This document shows positions 38,150 to 53,312 of a DNA stretch of 64,000 nt, one piece after another. Source of the DNA: Eledone cirrhosa (taxonomy: Eukaryota); contig OZ024757.1 of NCBI GenBank assembly GCA_964016885.1, positions 12,276,001 to 12,340,000 of the forward strand, read 5' to 3'. Positions within the stretch are counted from its first letter, which is position 1. Each line of letters starts with the position of its first letter. The notes under the pieces are model-generated. The model worked only from the letters and a program-made list of their open reading frames with translations, was not told the origin of the DNA and did no database searches. A program made the translations under genes and the position numbers.

Positions 38150-40706
38150 CTTCCTAAGGCACTACGGTAGTGCCTTAGGAAGAAACAACACCCCAGACAC
38201 TAAAAACAAAAATAGAAGAAGAAATAATACATTTTTCAACCCTCCTTTCAACCTAAATGTCTCCACCAACATACCTAGGGCTTTCTTCTCACTACTAGAT
38301 AAAAACTTCCCTCTAGGACACAAGTACCACAACCTTTTAAACAAAAACACTATTAAAATATCATACTCTACGACGCCTAACTTAGCATACCACATAGCTA
38401 GCAGCAATAAAAGTAAAATTAATTCTTACTTCCAACAAACGAAATCACAACAGGAGGTAAACCTTCTAAATACCTATGTAGCAAGCGACCAAAGTAACGG
38501 CAGTAACAATAGAAATAACACTAGTATAAGAAATAGAACCGGGGTCGACAACCCGAATGTCCAAAATCCTATAGCTACCACCCAGACTTCTGCAATGCAT
38601 TATAACCAGCAGACTAACACACAGGATAATTGTAACTGTAGAGCTAATAGAACCTGCCCTTTAGATAAAAAATGCCTAACCAAGGATATCATATACTCTT
38701 GCACCGTCACAACTAGTAACTCTTCAGAAACCTATGTAGGCTCCACTTCTAACTGCTTCAAAATCAGATATAATTCGCACATCCACTCGTTCAAGAAGCA
38801 CAGTCTAGCCAACTCCACCTCACTATCTAGCTACATACACTATCTAAAAACTAAAAATAAACCTTACACACTCAAATGGGAAGTGATAGGTAGCGCGACT
38901 TCGTACAAACCACCTAATAAATTTTGTAACCTCTGTATACTAGAGACCCACAATATTATCTTCTCTAACCGTAACCTACTTAACAAAAAATCTGAAGTGT
39001 TTGCAACTTGCCAGCACCGCTTCAGACATTCCTTCCAAAACTTTAAGCCCAATATATAGCAATGTCGGACTTGAACCAAACACCAGGGGCACACCTTATA
39101 CCACATACCCAACACTAACTGATCAAATATAACACAAACAGCGACATCCCTCTAGAACCCTTCGCAGGGGAATACCCATTTGTACCTCTACTTTAGGTGT
39201 GACAACATCCACCCACTTGAACTGCACTACACCGCTCTATAGGTAATTTAAGCATGAATTGATTGTCTTGTTAGTGTTGTGCGGAGGAAGTGCCATCGTT
39301 GGACAGATGAAAAACCAATTAATCTAGTAACGCTGATGAGCAGTATGACCGGTACGCTGAGTGCAGGAAATGAATGTATTGCAAGTGGCGTATGGGTTGT
39401 ACATATATGGATGATTTGATGGTCAGATTGGGGTCATGAGGACTGCGGATTGACCTTTGGTCGGCCCTGGTGATGATTATCTTTCGACATCCAATGTAGC
39501 AAGCGATGACCCAGAACTTACCAGAGATCATTGTGTGTTGAAGTGATTCTGCGCCTGGTCCTTTGAGTAGACTACAACCACAGAGATCATTAATTTAGAA
39601 TCCTCGCTCGTCGTCTATAATATTCATTTGTGGAACTCTACGATGGGGGTTAATCACCATAATAATACGAACACCTTCAGCACAACTTAATAGACTACTC
39701 TATAGTTAAAACACTTTAAATTTTAGAATTTTTTTAGAAATTGCGCATAACCATAGAAGTTAGGGTCTATTTTGAAACACATTTCAATAGTTAGTAATGG
39801 AAACCTCGGAGTTATCTCCCCTCATGCATTAACTCCCCTTAGCCACACACACACTTCCGGGTAGTATTTCGATGTCGATTCTCGAAACGTAACATCCTCC
39901 TGTATTGAACTAAAGAACATCAGACTACGATTCTCTAACTGGATTGTCAAACGCTCAATATCGAATCGTCGTGGATTATGTGAGGGGCATATAATCTGAA
40001 AAATACACTCCCCAGACTATGAAAATGTCGAAGTACATGAAGTCCATATCATCCCTTCGCTGCGCATTTCCAATATTTTTAATATTTTTAATGCTTGCAC
40101 TATTTTTAATGCTTATATTATTTCTCCACACATAGACTATAACAATCATATAAAGAATTTGTCACCAGATCAACCAACCTAACACTCTTGTTTACCTACT
40201 TAAGTGCTTCTACTACACGTAACTCTCTGCCACACTATATAAACAAGACGCACGTGCTTGCCACACATATAACCTTTGCACTTTATAACCGCTTATTTTC
40301 ATGTTGTATTTTAACCCGTATTTTTGATTGTATCTTTTAATATGAATGTAATCTCTAAGTGTGTACTGCCACTCTAAATGCTGTAATGAATGTTGACCTA
40401 CAATATTTGCATATGTATCTGTATGTCTCTTGGGTGAAAAGGAGGTCATATAAGTGTTCATTCATTAATAAATTGATCCGAAGAATCCAAACCTCGGTTT
40501 GGAGGAAACAGTTGTAAGCATAAACATGTTTTGAACAGTTCTTTGATTCTTATTTTTCATATAACTGCTCTGTAAATCATCTGATGTTTTTACATTGAGC
40601 TACTTAACTTACTGGTAATAAGGTAGTAATATATTACTGCCTACCACTATTTAGGGTTTGTATAAAAATATATATAACTGCAAAAGGTTTTTGTATTTAC
40701 ATAACC
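38150..40706 (+). mobile_element. PLE family A, 5'-truncated single copy with long 3' UTR, hammerhead (40474-40520) and tail
   Basis: Colinear with 11233-14425 and ends at the same tail terminus into (TA)n. Confidence 0.9.
38157..39059 (+). CDS. PLE ORF C-terminus (linker and GIY-YIG endonuclease), 5'-truncated
   Basis: FFNPPF, CNCR..CPL..CL, IIY..YVGST, CNLC.LE, LLN. The first codons of the track ORF are microsatellite. Confidence 0.85.
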   Translation, partial: RHYGSALGRNNTPDTKNKNRRRNNTFFNPPFNLNVSTNIPRAFFSLLDKNFPLGHKYHNLLNKNTIKISYSTTPNLAYHIASSNKSKINSYFQQTKSQQEVNLLNTYVASDQSNGSNNRNNTSIRNRTGVDNPNVQNPIATTQTSAMHYNQQTNTQDNCNCRANRTCPLDKKCLTKDIIYSCTVTTSNSSETYVGSTSNCFKIRYNSHIHSFKKHSLANSTSLSSYIHYLKTKNKPYTLKWEVIGSATSYKPPNKFCNLCILETHNIIFSNRNLLNKKSEVFATCQHRFRHSFQNFKPNI

Positions 40707-40737
40707 ATAAATAGTATAATTAATACTATATATATAC

Positions 40738-40770
<33 letters not shown>

Positions 40771-40789
40771 CATATGTAGAGAGAGGCAT

Positions 40790-40822
<33 letters not shown>

Positions 40823-40927
40823 CATACACATATATACACATATATACATACATGTACACATAAACACATACAGACACATACACACATATACATACATATA
40901 CACATACATATATCTATATATATATAT

Positions 40928-40959
<32 letters not shown>

Positions 40960-41237
40960 ATACATACACATACACATATATACATACATATATATATATA
41001 TACATATATACATACATCTACATACATACATACATATACACATACAGAAACATACACATATGTGCACACATATATACATATATGCACATACATACACACA
41101 CACACATATATATAGGTACATACATATACATACACACACACATAAACATATATATCTATCTATATATATATATATATCTATATATATATATACACACATA
41201 TATATATACAAACATACACATACATATACATATACCT

Positions 41238-41270
<33 letters not shown>

Positions 41271-41395
41271 CACACACACATACAAACATACACACATCCA
41301 TACATATATATACACACACACATGCACACACCCACATACATATATACCCACACGTACATACATCCATACATACCTACACACATATATGTGTGTGT
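40707..41395. repeat. (TA)/(CA)/(TACA) compound microsatellite
   Basis: Direct read. Confidence 0.95.
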
Positions 41396-41474
41396 CTCAC
41401 CGTTCACTCAGATATTCATGTGTATACATGAGAAGATGGGGGGGGTAGTGAAATGGAATTTTACCTCCAAGTGT

Positions 41475-42767
41475 TAATTCATTTTTTCGTGTTCAGTAGT
41501 GGTTTAAATTTTTCAATGAAGAATTCTTCTTTATATCTGCGGAAATGTTCGTTATCCGACCATATCTTGAAGAGAGGGAAGATTGTGAATTTTCCCTTCC
41601 CGCATGATGCAAAGTGTGCGCTACATGTGGTATTTCTGACTGTGGGGTCTTTAATTTGTTGTTTATGTACCCGGACTCTATCATGTAATCCCGTTCCGGT
41701 TTCCCCAATGTAATACTCTTTACACTGTGGACATGTTGCGCGATATATTAGGTTTTTCGTTTTGCAGTTCATGTTAGCATTGACCTTGAAATTATCATGG
41801 TTTTTGAAGGTTTGCCCTCTTCGATGAGTTCACAGGTTCCACATCTAGGGTCCCCGCATTTCGTCACTTGCATTGATTCTATGTTGGTCGTAAATTTTGC
41901 CTTGGTAATTAGTTTTTTAAGGTTGGGTGCTTGGCGTCTGCTATAAATTATCTGTGTGTTTTTTAAGAGTGCATTCATTTTGGTAGATTGCTGTAGAATC
42001 GGGAAATACTGCTTAGCAGTTTTCTCAATGTTGATGTTCCCTGGGTTGTGAGTGATGACAAAAGAGATAGCAGGGTTTTCTTTTTTATGTTGTGGGTTTG
42101 GTTTTCTCAGTGTTGTTATTGGGATGTTCTTAGCCTTGGAGATGGCTGCGTTGATGAGTTTCATCGGGTATTCTTGTTTTTTAAGGAATTTTTTCAGGTC
42201 ACATAATCTTTTTTCTTGTAGTACGGGGTGTGTTGCTATAGTGCAGATGCGCCTTGCCATGTTGAAGGGAATGTTCCTTTTCGTATGTGAGGGGTGTGCT
42301 GACCGGAAATTTAAGTATTGGTGTGTGTCAGTGGGTTTGCAAAATAGGTCCGTTATGATATTTTCCCCTTCTTTAATGATGAGGATATCTAGAAAGGGCA
42401 GTTCCTTTTCGTTACATTCCATAGTGAATTGTATAGCTTCATGAAGCCTGTTTAGGATCGAATAAAATGTTTGTAGGTCTGTTTGGCTTCTGTTCCAGAA
42501 GATGAAGCAGTCATCTAGGTAACGTTTCCAGTTTTTATTAATGTAGAAGGCGAAGTCGTGACTGAATGTTATCTATAGTTGGGAATATAATTTTGCCTCT
42601 AAGTGACCCATAACGAGCGTTGCATATGTAGGGGCCACTTTGGTACCCATGGCTGTTCCTTTTATTTGTAGATAAATTTCGTTGTCAAAGAGGAAGTGGT
42701 TGTTTTCCAATACTAATTTAAGTCCTTCCAAGATGAATTATTTGGGGAATCTTTCTGAAATGTGAAG
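41475..42767 (-). mobile_element. Disrupted PLE (Neptune-like): RT and GIY-YIG
   Basis: GTAMGT, RYLDD, LPFLD, KPTDTHQYL..S.HP, CGDPRCGTC, LIY..CPQC..YIGET. Internal stops and a frameshift at about 41770-41810. Clade call is tentative. Confidence 0.85.
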
Positions 42768-43388
<621 letters not shown>

Positions 43389-44229
43389 GAACAAAGGACT
43401 AATTTTGGGATGGACGTAGAAAAATTCTTCAGAAAAAAAGAAAAAAATAATTATTTACGAACTTGGCAGGTGCGATTTTCCTGTGACCATTCTCAACACA
43501 AAAGGAATACTAAAAGCTTTTTCCCCTGAATAAAGGAATTTTTCGAGAATGACCGGGGCAGGCCGCACTTGCTACATTTCTCCCCACCGAACCCTACACA
43601 CCGTCTCAACTCATTACTGCTATTAACACTTTTTCATCACACCTACACACATACACTTATTAAAGGGGGAGAAAAGAAACCCCCACCACACCACAGACAT
43701 GTTAAATCCCTATATATAGAACAACACACCACATTCACATCAGTTTGACAAGCGCACCTCAGCGTGAAGGGTCGTTCTAAAAACGAAACAATACCTCCTA
43801 CGTTAACCAAGAACTCCTAAAACCTAACCAACAACCAACAACTTAATTTATAAAATAATTTTTTTTAAGAAAAAAATTTTTTCTAATCCGGAGAAATATT
43901 CTTTTTGGATTTTGTGAAGAAAATAAATTTGTTGAAAGCACAAGTGAAGCCATTTTTTCTTCCCCCCTGTCTTAATATACTTAACTGTACCAAGGATTAC
44001 ACACATTTTCCAATGTATATATATACGTACGTAATTATATATATATAGTTACGTATGCATATATATATATATATTATTCAAAACGAAGAATATAGTTACG
44101 TATGTATAATTGTGTGTCTGTAACTATATATATATATATTATATATATATTATATACTATATATATATATATATTATATATATATTATATATTATATATA
44201 TACGTAACTATATATATATATATATCATA

Positions 44230-45450
44230 ATCTATAAAGCTCAGTCTGTGGTCATGCTCCTTTCTTATAGAAATATACGACATAGAATTTATTCAATTGA
44301 AATTTACAATTCAGTATTCGAAATAGTTTCGATTGCGTCTTGGCACATCTCATTCTTTCAATTTCACCCACAATTACGCAAAAAATAGATAAAACTCAAT
44401 ATTTTACGATTTTTCTCTGTCATTTAAACTGCTAAACTCTTTCCACTACCATTCAAAATCTATACAACTTCATACTTCTGCTACTTTCTCTTTCCAAGCT
44501 TGATGGTGATACTGTCCGTTTTACTCTCTCATATCATCGAGTGAGAGGGAGAGAGAACGTTTATTATTACATAAAGTACCAGTAATGTACTGGGTAATTG
44601 CTGGCCTTGTGCCAAAAAAGTAGAAACAATTATTACATTTCATACGAAACGACAATTATTCAAAAGCAACAGATACATTTATTCAACAACAAGCGATAAA
44701 TCTTTTTTAAAACCTCTTTTCCAAACCATACAAACACACACTCACTTCAACAACAACAACAACAATCTGCCTTTTATAGATAATGATAAACAATAATATC
44801 CTCTTCGAGGTCACTAAACCTGCTAGAAATAGCAGCTAACTCTCCCCCATATCACACCCCTCCCTACTTTCTTAAATTTAAAAAACATATCTTCTATGAG
44901 GTCACTAAACCTGCTAGAAACAGCAGCTAACTCTCCCCCATATCACACCACTCCCTACTGTCTTAAATTTAGAAAACACATATCCTCTATGAGGTTACTA
45001 AACCTGCTAGAAACAGCAGCTAACGCTTCCCCATATCACACCCATCCCTACTGTCTTAAATTTAGAAAACATATCTTCTATGAGATCACTAAACCTGCTA
45101 GAAACAGCAGCTAACTCTCCCCCATATCACACCACTCCCTACTGTCTTAAATTTAGAAAACACAAAGACAACCATGCAGAACAACTCCATCGCAGCTCTG
45201 TTGTTCGGCTGGCATCGTCTACGCGCGTGTTGCGCAAGTACTGTGAAACAATAAATTTCAACACTTTTTTGCACAGAGATAATATCCATAGGCGAAACTA
45301 CAATTGTCACTGCTGGCGCAGCTCCTGCTTCCAGGTCTGCAATTCATTCACCCAGTGCCTGGCAGACAAAAAAGTGCTGCCATAAAATGGGTGGTGCAAC
45401 CTAACTTTGGTAACTTAATGACCCCGAGCAACGCCGGGCTTTAATGCTAG
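44230..45450 (+). mobile_element. Probable non-autonomous Helitron carrying internal repeats
   Basis: 5' A|TCTATAAAGCTCAGTCTGT and 3' CCCCGAGCAACGCCGGG...CTAG|T. Confidence 0.6.
44800..45162 (+). repeat. About 92-bp tandem repeat, 4 copies
   Basis: GAGGTCACTAAACCTGCTAGAAACAGCAGCTAAC... units. Degenerate inverted relatives at about 54030-54380. Confidence 0.9.
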
Positions 45451-45621
45451 TATTATATATATACGTAACTATATATATATATATTATATATATAGTAATA
45501 ATAATAAAATTGAAGACTAAAATCCAAAGAGGGTTCGATAAGGAAAATATATATCAAATATATAAGAACCGTAGAGCAAATATAGCGATTTTTTGCTTAA
45601 ACTTTAATCTGTTATTTTAAT

Positions 45622-45652
<31 letters not shown>

Positions 45653-45653
45653 G

Positions 45654-45705
<52 letters not shown>

Positions 45706-47399
45706 AAGTTATATTTAAAATTGTTGGGTTACAACTAGTAAATATTTATAACTGATATAAAAGCACTCGACAAATATTTGGAGTATATTTACAATATTAA
45801 ATAAATGGAAAACTATATTTATAAAACCATATTTATTTCATTATATATATTTCGGGGATATCATATTAACAATATGCTATGCCTTCATCAGACAAAATAC
45901 AATATAAACAGTTTTATAGATAAATATATTCGACATACCGTAATAAACATCAACTTCATTTGAAGAGGTTTACGCTAGCAGTGAAAATACAGAGAGAAAG
46001 AAAGAGAGAAAGAAAAGAGGGAAAAAAGAAAGAAAGAAAGACAAAACGAAGAAAAGGAAGAAAAAGAAGAAAAAGAAAAAGAAGAAATGCATGGGACAAA
46101 ATAGAGAGATGGAAAAATAGATAAAGCGAAGAGCTTCATGTAAAGAGACAGAAAGATATATATATATATAGAGAGAGAGGAAATAGAGATAGATACATAT
46201 ATATAGAGAGAAAATTAGGTAGTGGGAGGTCATTTTGAGTAAGTGTATCAATGATACATTTATTTATTTATTTATTTATTTATTAATTTATTTAGCTCAA
46301 GTATTAATGTAAGGGAGATATATAGAGAGATATAGAGAGATATAGAGAGAGAAAAAAAAATTTAAAAATAGCCAGACATATTCGAGGCGTAGAAAACCCT
46401 ATGTTTTAATGTATTAGTATTTATAAAACTTACACTATATTGTAAATATCAGTATTCCTGAATGAAACAAGTATTCACAATGTGTGAAAATTCATTATCT
46501 TATGTTTAGTTTTAAAAAATTCATATGTTTATGTGACAGCTACAAACATCAATGTGAATCCAACTGATTCACTCTGCAAACTCTAAATTACCGGAAAACA
46601 TTCTCAATGTGGTATAAAAATTTGAGCGTATTATTATTCTTGCGATTACTCTACAAGATTATCTATCAAGCAGAAATAGAGAGCAGATTTCAATATACTA
46701 ATCGAAAATATATATTATATAATATATTATATTATAAACAAAGATAACAATAATAATAATAATAAGTAAAAATATATAAAAATATAGAATAGAAAACTAA
46801 AAAAATATTACGAAAGAATATTACATAATAAAAATATTGCATATTAAAAATACTACGTATTAAAAAATATTACGTATTAAAAATTTACATATAAAAATAT
46901 TAAAAATAAAATAAAAAATAAAAATATTATAGAATACTACAATACTAAAAGAATAAAAATAAAAATAAAAATAAAAATAAAAATAAAAATAAAAATAAAA
47001 ATAAAAATAAAAATAAAAATGAAAATAAAAATAAACCACAAAGAACAACCCTTCAAAGTTAATTGACAATATATTGCCAAGTTCATTAGACGACAAAGCC
47101 AAAAATTATCTATCAAATCACATCTAGCAAAGAATATCGCAAAAAGATTATGATGTCCAATAATGTCTACATATGTTCCTATATTTAATATAGAAGTTTA
47201 TCTAGTGTAAGGTTAATTCAAAAAATTTGGAGCATCGGCTTTTAGGGTAGCTTAATTTTTCATGAGGAATGTTTAGATAAAAGTAAAAATAAATAAAATA
47301 AAATAAACAATAAAAAGAGTAAAAAGAGGGAATCAAAGATTTAGGAATCAAAAGATTTATCGGCTAGTTCTCATATAAATATAAATCAAACTAAATATA

Positions 47400-49467
47400 C
47401 TACATTTTAAATTTAAATTTATATTTAAACGTTGAGTTTAATCTATGTTTGCAACAACTGAATAAATTTGTCCGTAGGTTAAGGGAATTTTTAGATTTTA
47501 GTATAAAGAATATCTCCTCTGCGCAGAGGTCACATGTCTCAGAGGATGAATTAAAAGGAATCCCTCTTGAGACTATATTCCAAGCCGTCGAATATCTAAC
47601 GTTATCTAGCTTAAGTTGCCAGAGTACCCCTGATAGTGCCGTTGAAGATTTTTTATTTGGATCTGTGAAAGAATTCTTGTGGTTATTATAGCGAAGTTTA
47701 AATTCCGTCGATGTGGAACCGACGTAGTTAAAAGAATTAGAGTCAGTATTAACATTACAATTGTATACTATATTTTTAACTAAGCAGTTGTTATTTAACG
47801 GACATTTATATCTATCTCTACAGTTACATTTGTTAACTTGTATATTATTTATGCTATTATCAGTAGGTTTTAAGTTCCTATTATTTATTCTATTAATATT
47901 TTGTGCTAAATTTTTGGTGGATGAGTAGGTTAATTTAATTGTATGCCTATTGAAGATTGAGTGATACCTATGTGTTCTAGGGAAGCGATTATCAAGAGCT
48001 TTGAAAAATAATTTAGCGATGTGGGTTTTAATGTTTAGTGAGCAAGGGGGGGGCAAACCAAATTATGTTCCTAGTTCTATTTCTTTTTTGTCCTTTGGAA
48101 TTATTGTAATGCTTTCTATTATAGTTGTTAATGTTGTTGCCGTAATTAAAAAAGTTGTTACTTTGTTTAGTTTGTCTATCATTATCTATGTACACAATCT
48201 TATCAGCATACCCTGCCCTAGCTAGTGCATCATTATAGTATTGGGCCTTTTCGTCAAAAATCTTTCTATTCGACGAAATCCTAGAGATACGTTTTTGGAC
48301 TGAGTTTACTATAGTGTTTTTGACAGATCTGAGGTGGTTAGAGTTAAAGTTGACATAGTTTAAGTTTTCATTCAACTTGTGAAAAGGATAGTGGAGACAT
48401 GTGTTGAGATTTAATGTTATATCTAGGAAATTGACTATTCTATGGTTGTTCTCAATTTCTATTTTAAGGTTAAAGTAATTAAAAAATTTTGTAATTTGTT
48501 TACATTTTCTATTTAGTTCAGGGTTATTATTATTAATAAGTAAAAGCATGTCATCCCTATATAAACCTCCGGTAGTACCAGGTATTTTCCTATGTAGCGA
48601 ATTGATTAAAAATAAGCCCACAAGGTCAGTTACCTGAGCTGAGTCGGAAGATCCCATAGTTATGTCAAATTTGCTATCTCTATCTGCTCTGGTCCATAAT
48701 TTGTCATTAAATTCTATCAAAGTTTTCCTAGCCGATAATATAATATGCATTTCTTTGCTAGTTAGGTCCGTATGTTTGAATGCGTAATTTAGTGCCTTAT
48801 TTAGTAGACTAGGGGTAATAGAAGAATAATAGTTAGCTATATCAAGTTGAATAAACCTATTATTATTGTCATATTTAATTTGCCTAAACCACTCAACAAC
48901 CTCTCCAGTTCCCTTCCACAAGCTCAGGTTAGATACACAATCCAAGTTCTTAATTTGCAGTATCACCCTGTCAAGAATGTTTTTGCTTAATTTGCCCAGG
49001 TCCGATTTTGAAGGTGCGATCAATCTAACTGGCAGGTCATTTTCAAAATTCCTCTTGTGGTCCTTCATATTGATCTTCGGTTTCCTGGGCACGAAAGTTT
49101 GTGTTCTGTTCTCAATTTCCAACTCATGCATTATACAAGATGCTTCAACATTCATTTTCTCAAGTTCGGCCTTATCTGCTACCTTGTATTTTTTTCCTCA
49201 GCTCTTTCAGTATGAGGCCATTATACATGTCTTTCCGCACTCCATAGAGGTTGTTGGTCTTGTCAGATTTCACCAAGATCTTCTCAGTTTTCTCTAAGCT
49301 CTCAATGTTATCCTTAATGTCTTTCAGATATTCCTGGCCTTTAAAGTTTCTCTTGAATTTGACCCCTTGTATGATAGAAATTATATCGTTTTCAAAGTCA
49401 GATAAAAGTTTGTTAGGGGGTGGATTTCTTTTAGATTTGAAAACTTTGTTTAAGTCCGAGATATTTT
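47400..49467 (-). pseudogene. PLE RT and GIY-YIG ORF, left arm, frameshifted at about 48050 and about 49165
   Basis: KSDKT, KDHK, RLI.P, DI.NYY.SI, MGS, YRDD, NFLD, IVY..YVG. C8 run versus C7 in the right arm. Confidence 0.88.
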
Positions 49468-50789
49468 CTTTGATAGAATTTAATGACAAATTATGGACCA
49501 GAGCAGATAGAGATAGCAATTTTGACATAACTATGGGATCTTCCGACTCAGCTCAGGTAACTGACCTTGTGGGCTTATTTTTAATCAATTCGCTACATAG
49601 GAAAATACCTGGTACTACCGGAGGTTTATATAGGGATGACATGCTTTTACTTATTAATAATAATAACCCTGAACTAAATAGAAAATGTAAACAAATTACA
49701 AAATTTTTTAATTACTTTAACCTTAAAATAGAAATTGAGAACAACCATAGAATAGTCAATTTCCTAGATATAACATTAAATCTCAACACATGTCTCCACT
49801 ATCCTTTTCACAAGTTGAATGAAAACTTAAACTATGTCAACTTTAACTCTAACCACCCCAGATCTGTCAAAAACACTATAGTAAACTCAGTCCAAAAACG
49901 TATCTCTAGGATTTCGTCGAATAGAAAGATTTTTGACGAAAAGGCCCAATACTATAATGATGCACTAGCTAGGGCAGGGTATGCTGATAAGATTGTGTAC
50001 ATAGATAATGATAGACAAACTAAACAAAGTAACAACTTTTTTAATTACGGCAACAACATTAACAACTATAATAGAAAGCATTACAATAATTCCAAAGGAC
50101 AAAAAAGAAATAGAACTAGGAACATAATTTGGTTTGCCCCCCCTTTCTCACTAAACATTAAAACCCACATCGCTAAATTATTTTTCAAAGCTCTTGATAA
50201 TCGCTTCCCTAGAACACATAGGTATCACTCAATCTTCAATAGGCATACAATTAAATTAACCTACTCATCCACCAAAAATTTAGCACAAAATATTAATAGA
50301 ATAAATAATAGGAACTTAAAACCTACTGATAATAGCATAAATAATATACAAGTTAACAAATGTAACTGTAGAGATAGATATAAATGTCCGTTAAATAACA
50401 ACTGCTTAGTTAAAAATATAGTATACAATTGTAATGTTAATACTGACTCTAATTCTTTTAACTACGTCGGTTCCACATCGACGGAATTTAAACTTCGCTA
50501 TAATAACCACAAGAATTCTTTCACAGATCCAAATAAAAAATCTTCAACGGCACTATCAGGGGTACTCTGGCAACTTAAGCTAGATAACGTTAGATATTCG
50601 ACGGCTTGGAATATAGTCTCAAGAGGGATTCCTTTTAATTCATCCTCTGAGACATGTGACCTCTGCGCAGAGGAGATATTCTTTATACTAAAATCTAAAA
50701 ATTCCCTTAACCTACGGACAAATTTATTCAGTTGTTGCAAACATAGATTAAACTCAACGTTTAAATATAAATTTAAATTTAAAATGTAG
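49468..50789 (+). CDS. PLE RT (C-terminal half) and GIY-YIG ORF, right arm, open but 5'-truncated
   Basis: MGS, YRDD, IIWFAPPF, CNCR..CPL, IVY..YVGST, CDLC.EE. Codons upstream of 49468 are antisense of the left copy. Confidence 0.88.
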
Positions 50790-51901
50790 TATATTTAGTT
50801 TGATTTATATTTATATGAGAACTAGCCGATAAATCTTTTGATTCCTAAATCTTTGATTCCCTCTTTTTACTCTTTTTATTGTTTATTTTATTTTATTTAT
50901 TTTTATTTTTATCTAAACATTCCTCATGAAAAATTAAGCTACCCTAAAAGCCGATGCTCCAAATTTTTTGAATTAACCTTACACTAGATAAACTTCTATA
51001 TTAAATATAGGAACATATGTAGACATTATTGGACATCATAATCTTTTTGCGATATTCTTTGCTAGATGTGATTTGATAGATAATTTTTGGCTTTGTCGTC
51101 TAATGAACTTGGCAATATATTGTCAATTAACTTTGAAGGGTTGTTCTTTGTGGTTTATTTTTATTTTTATTTTTATTTTTATTTTTATTTTTATTTTTAT
51201 TTTTATTTTTATTTTTATTTTTATTTTTATTTTTATTTTTATTCTTTTAGTATTGTAGTATTCTATAATATTTTTATTTTTTATTTTATTTTTAATATTT
51301 TTATATGTAAATTTTTAATACGTAATATTTTTTAATACGTAGTATTTTTAATATGCAATATTTTTATTATGTAATATTCTTTCGTAATATTTTTTTAGTT
51401 TTCTATTCTATATTTTTATATATTTTTACTTATTATTATTATTATTGTTATCTTTGTTTATAATATAATATATTATATAATATATATTTTCGATTAGTAT
51501 ATTGAAATCTGCTCTCTATTTCTGCTTGATAGATAATCTTGTAGAGTAATCGCAAGAATAATAATACGCTCAAATTTTTATACCACATTGAGAATGTTTT
51601 CCGGTAACCTAGAGTTTGCAGAGTGAATCAGTTGGATTCACATTGATGTTTGTAGCTGTCACATAAACATATGAATTTTTTAAAACTAAACATAAGATAA
51701 TGAATTTTCACACATTGTGAATACTTGTTTCATTCAGGAATACTGATATTTACAATATAGTGTAAGTTTTATAAATACTAATACATTAAAACATAGGGTT
51801 TTCTACGCCTCGAATATGTCTGGCTATTTTTAAATTTTTTTTTTCTCTCTCTATATCTCTCTATATCTCTCTATATATCTCCCTTACATTAATACTTGAG
51901 C

Positions 51902-51932
<31 letters not shown>

Positions 51933-52294
51933 ATGTATCATTGATACACTTACTCAAAATGACCTCCCACTACCTAATTTTCTATATATATATATATGTA
52001 TCTATCTCTATTTCCTCTCTCTCTATATATATATATCTCTTTCTGTCTCTTTACATGAAGCTCTTCGCTTTATCTATTTTTCCATCTCTCTATTTTGTCC
52101 CATGCATTTCTTCTTTTTCTTTTTCTTCTTTTTCTTCCTTTTCTTCGTTTTGTCTTTCTTTCTTTCTTTTTTCCCTCTTTTCTTTCTCTCTTTCTTTCTC
52201 TCTGTATTTTCACTGCTAGCGTAAACCTCTTCAAATGAAGTTGATGTTTATTACGGTATGTCGAATATATTTATCTATAAAACTGTTTATATTG

Positions 52295-52360
52295 TATTTT
52301 GTCTGATGAAGGCATAGCATATTGTTAATATGATATCCCCGAAATATATATAATGAAATA
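52295..52360 (+). ncRNA. Type I hammerhead ribozyme (family C), mirror at about 45832-45900 (-)
   Basis: TATTTTGT-CTGATGA-(stem II CATATT gtt AATATG)-GAAA-T-atat-ATA-ATGAAATA with overlapping AATAAA. Confidence 0.72.
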
Positions 52361-52398
52361 AATATGGTTTTATAAATATAGTTTTCCATTTATTTAAT

Positions 52399-52441
<43 letters not shown>

Positions 52442-52795
52442 GAAAGGTATAGAAAACATTGTAGTAAAAAGCCAACAGTATTCCATAATATATAAGTGAC
52501 TATAGAGTCAACATGGGAAAATAGTTAACGTAAGCTGTGGGAAAAATAATTCAAACTCATCTCAAAGAGAATCAGGATATAGATTCCTCCACAGAATTTA
52601 GTGAAATCCAGGGAAGAATCAATAAAGCCTTAACTCATGATAAAATAAAGTTTAAAATACTCACCGTTTGATTTGCAAAAACTTCAAATGCTCTGTATAG
52701 TCTTAAAGACGATTTCACATATATATGTGTATGTATTTATCTATGCATATATATATATATATATATGTATTTATGTATGCATGTATGAATATATA

Positions 52796-52831
<36 letters not shown>

Positions 52832-52943
52832 TTATCTATGCATGTATGTATATATAAAATATATATATATATATATATGTATTTATCTATGCATGTATGT
52901 ATACATATATATATATATGTATGTATTTATCTATACGTGTATG

Positions 52944-52976
<33 letters not shown>

Positions 52977-53094
52977 TTATTTATCTATACATGTATGTAT
53001 ATATAAAATATTGTCATGTTTACAAAAATATTTTTCTAATATCGTGTTTAATATTTTATATTGTCGTCTGCTTCTCTTCTCACGTGGTTACTTA

Positions 53095-53278
53095 CTCTCT
53101 CATTCTCTCTCTCTTCCCCTCTCACACAGCCTCTTCTTTCTCTTTCTTTCCCCTCTCACACAGCTTCTTCTTTCTCTCTCTTTTTGCCAGTGCCTTCTCT
53201 CACACAGCCTTCTCTCTCTCTCTCTTTCCACTCTCACACAGCCTTCTCTCTCTCTCTCTTTCCACTCTCACACAGAAT

Positions 53279-53312
<34 letters not shown>

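Larger units (their letters stand above)
45703..52404. mobile_element. PLE family C head-to-head inverted insertion (arms 45790-48722 and 49468-52404, left tail 45703-45789)
   Basis: Near-identical arms of about 2.93 kb, 745-bp spacer from the left copy, (TA)n on both sides. Confidence 0.93.

Noticed and set aside
43741-43800. TTGACAA-GCGC..GCGT-GAAG, a possible U3-A8 hammerhead within an unclassified 43390-44010 block
   Set aside because: No convincing stem I, GAAA altered, no tail hairpin and only one copy.
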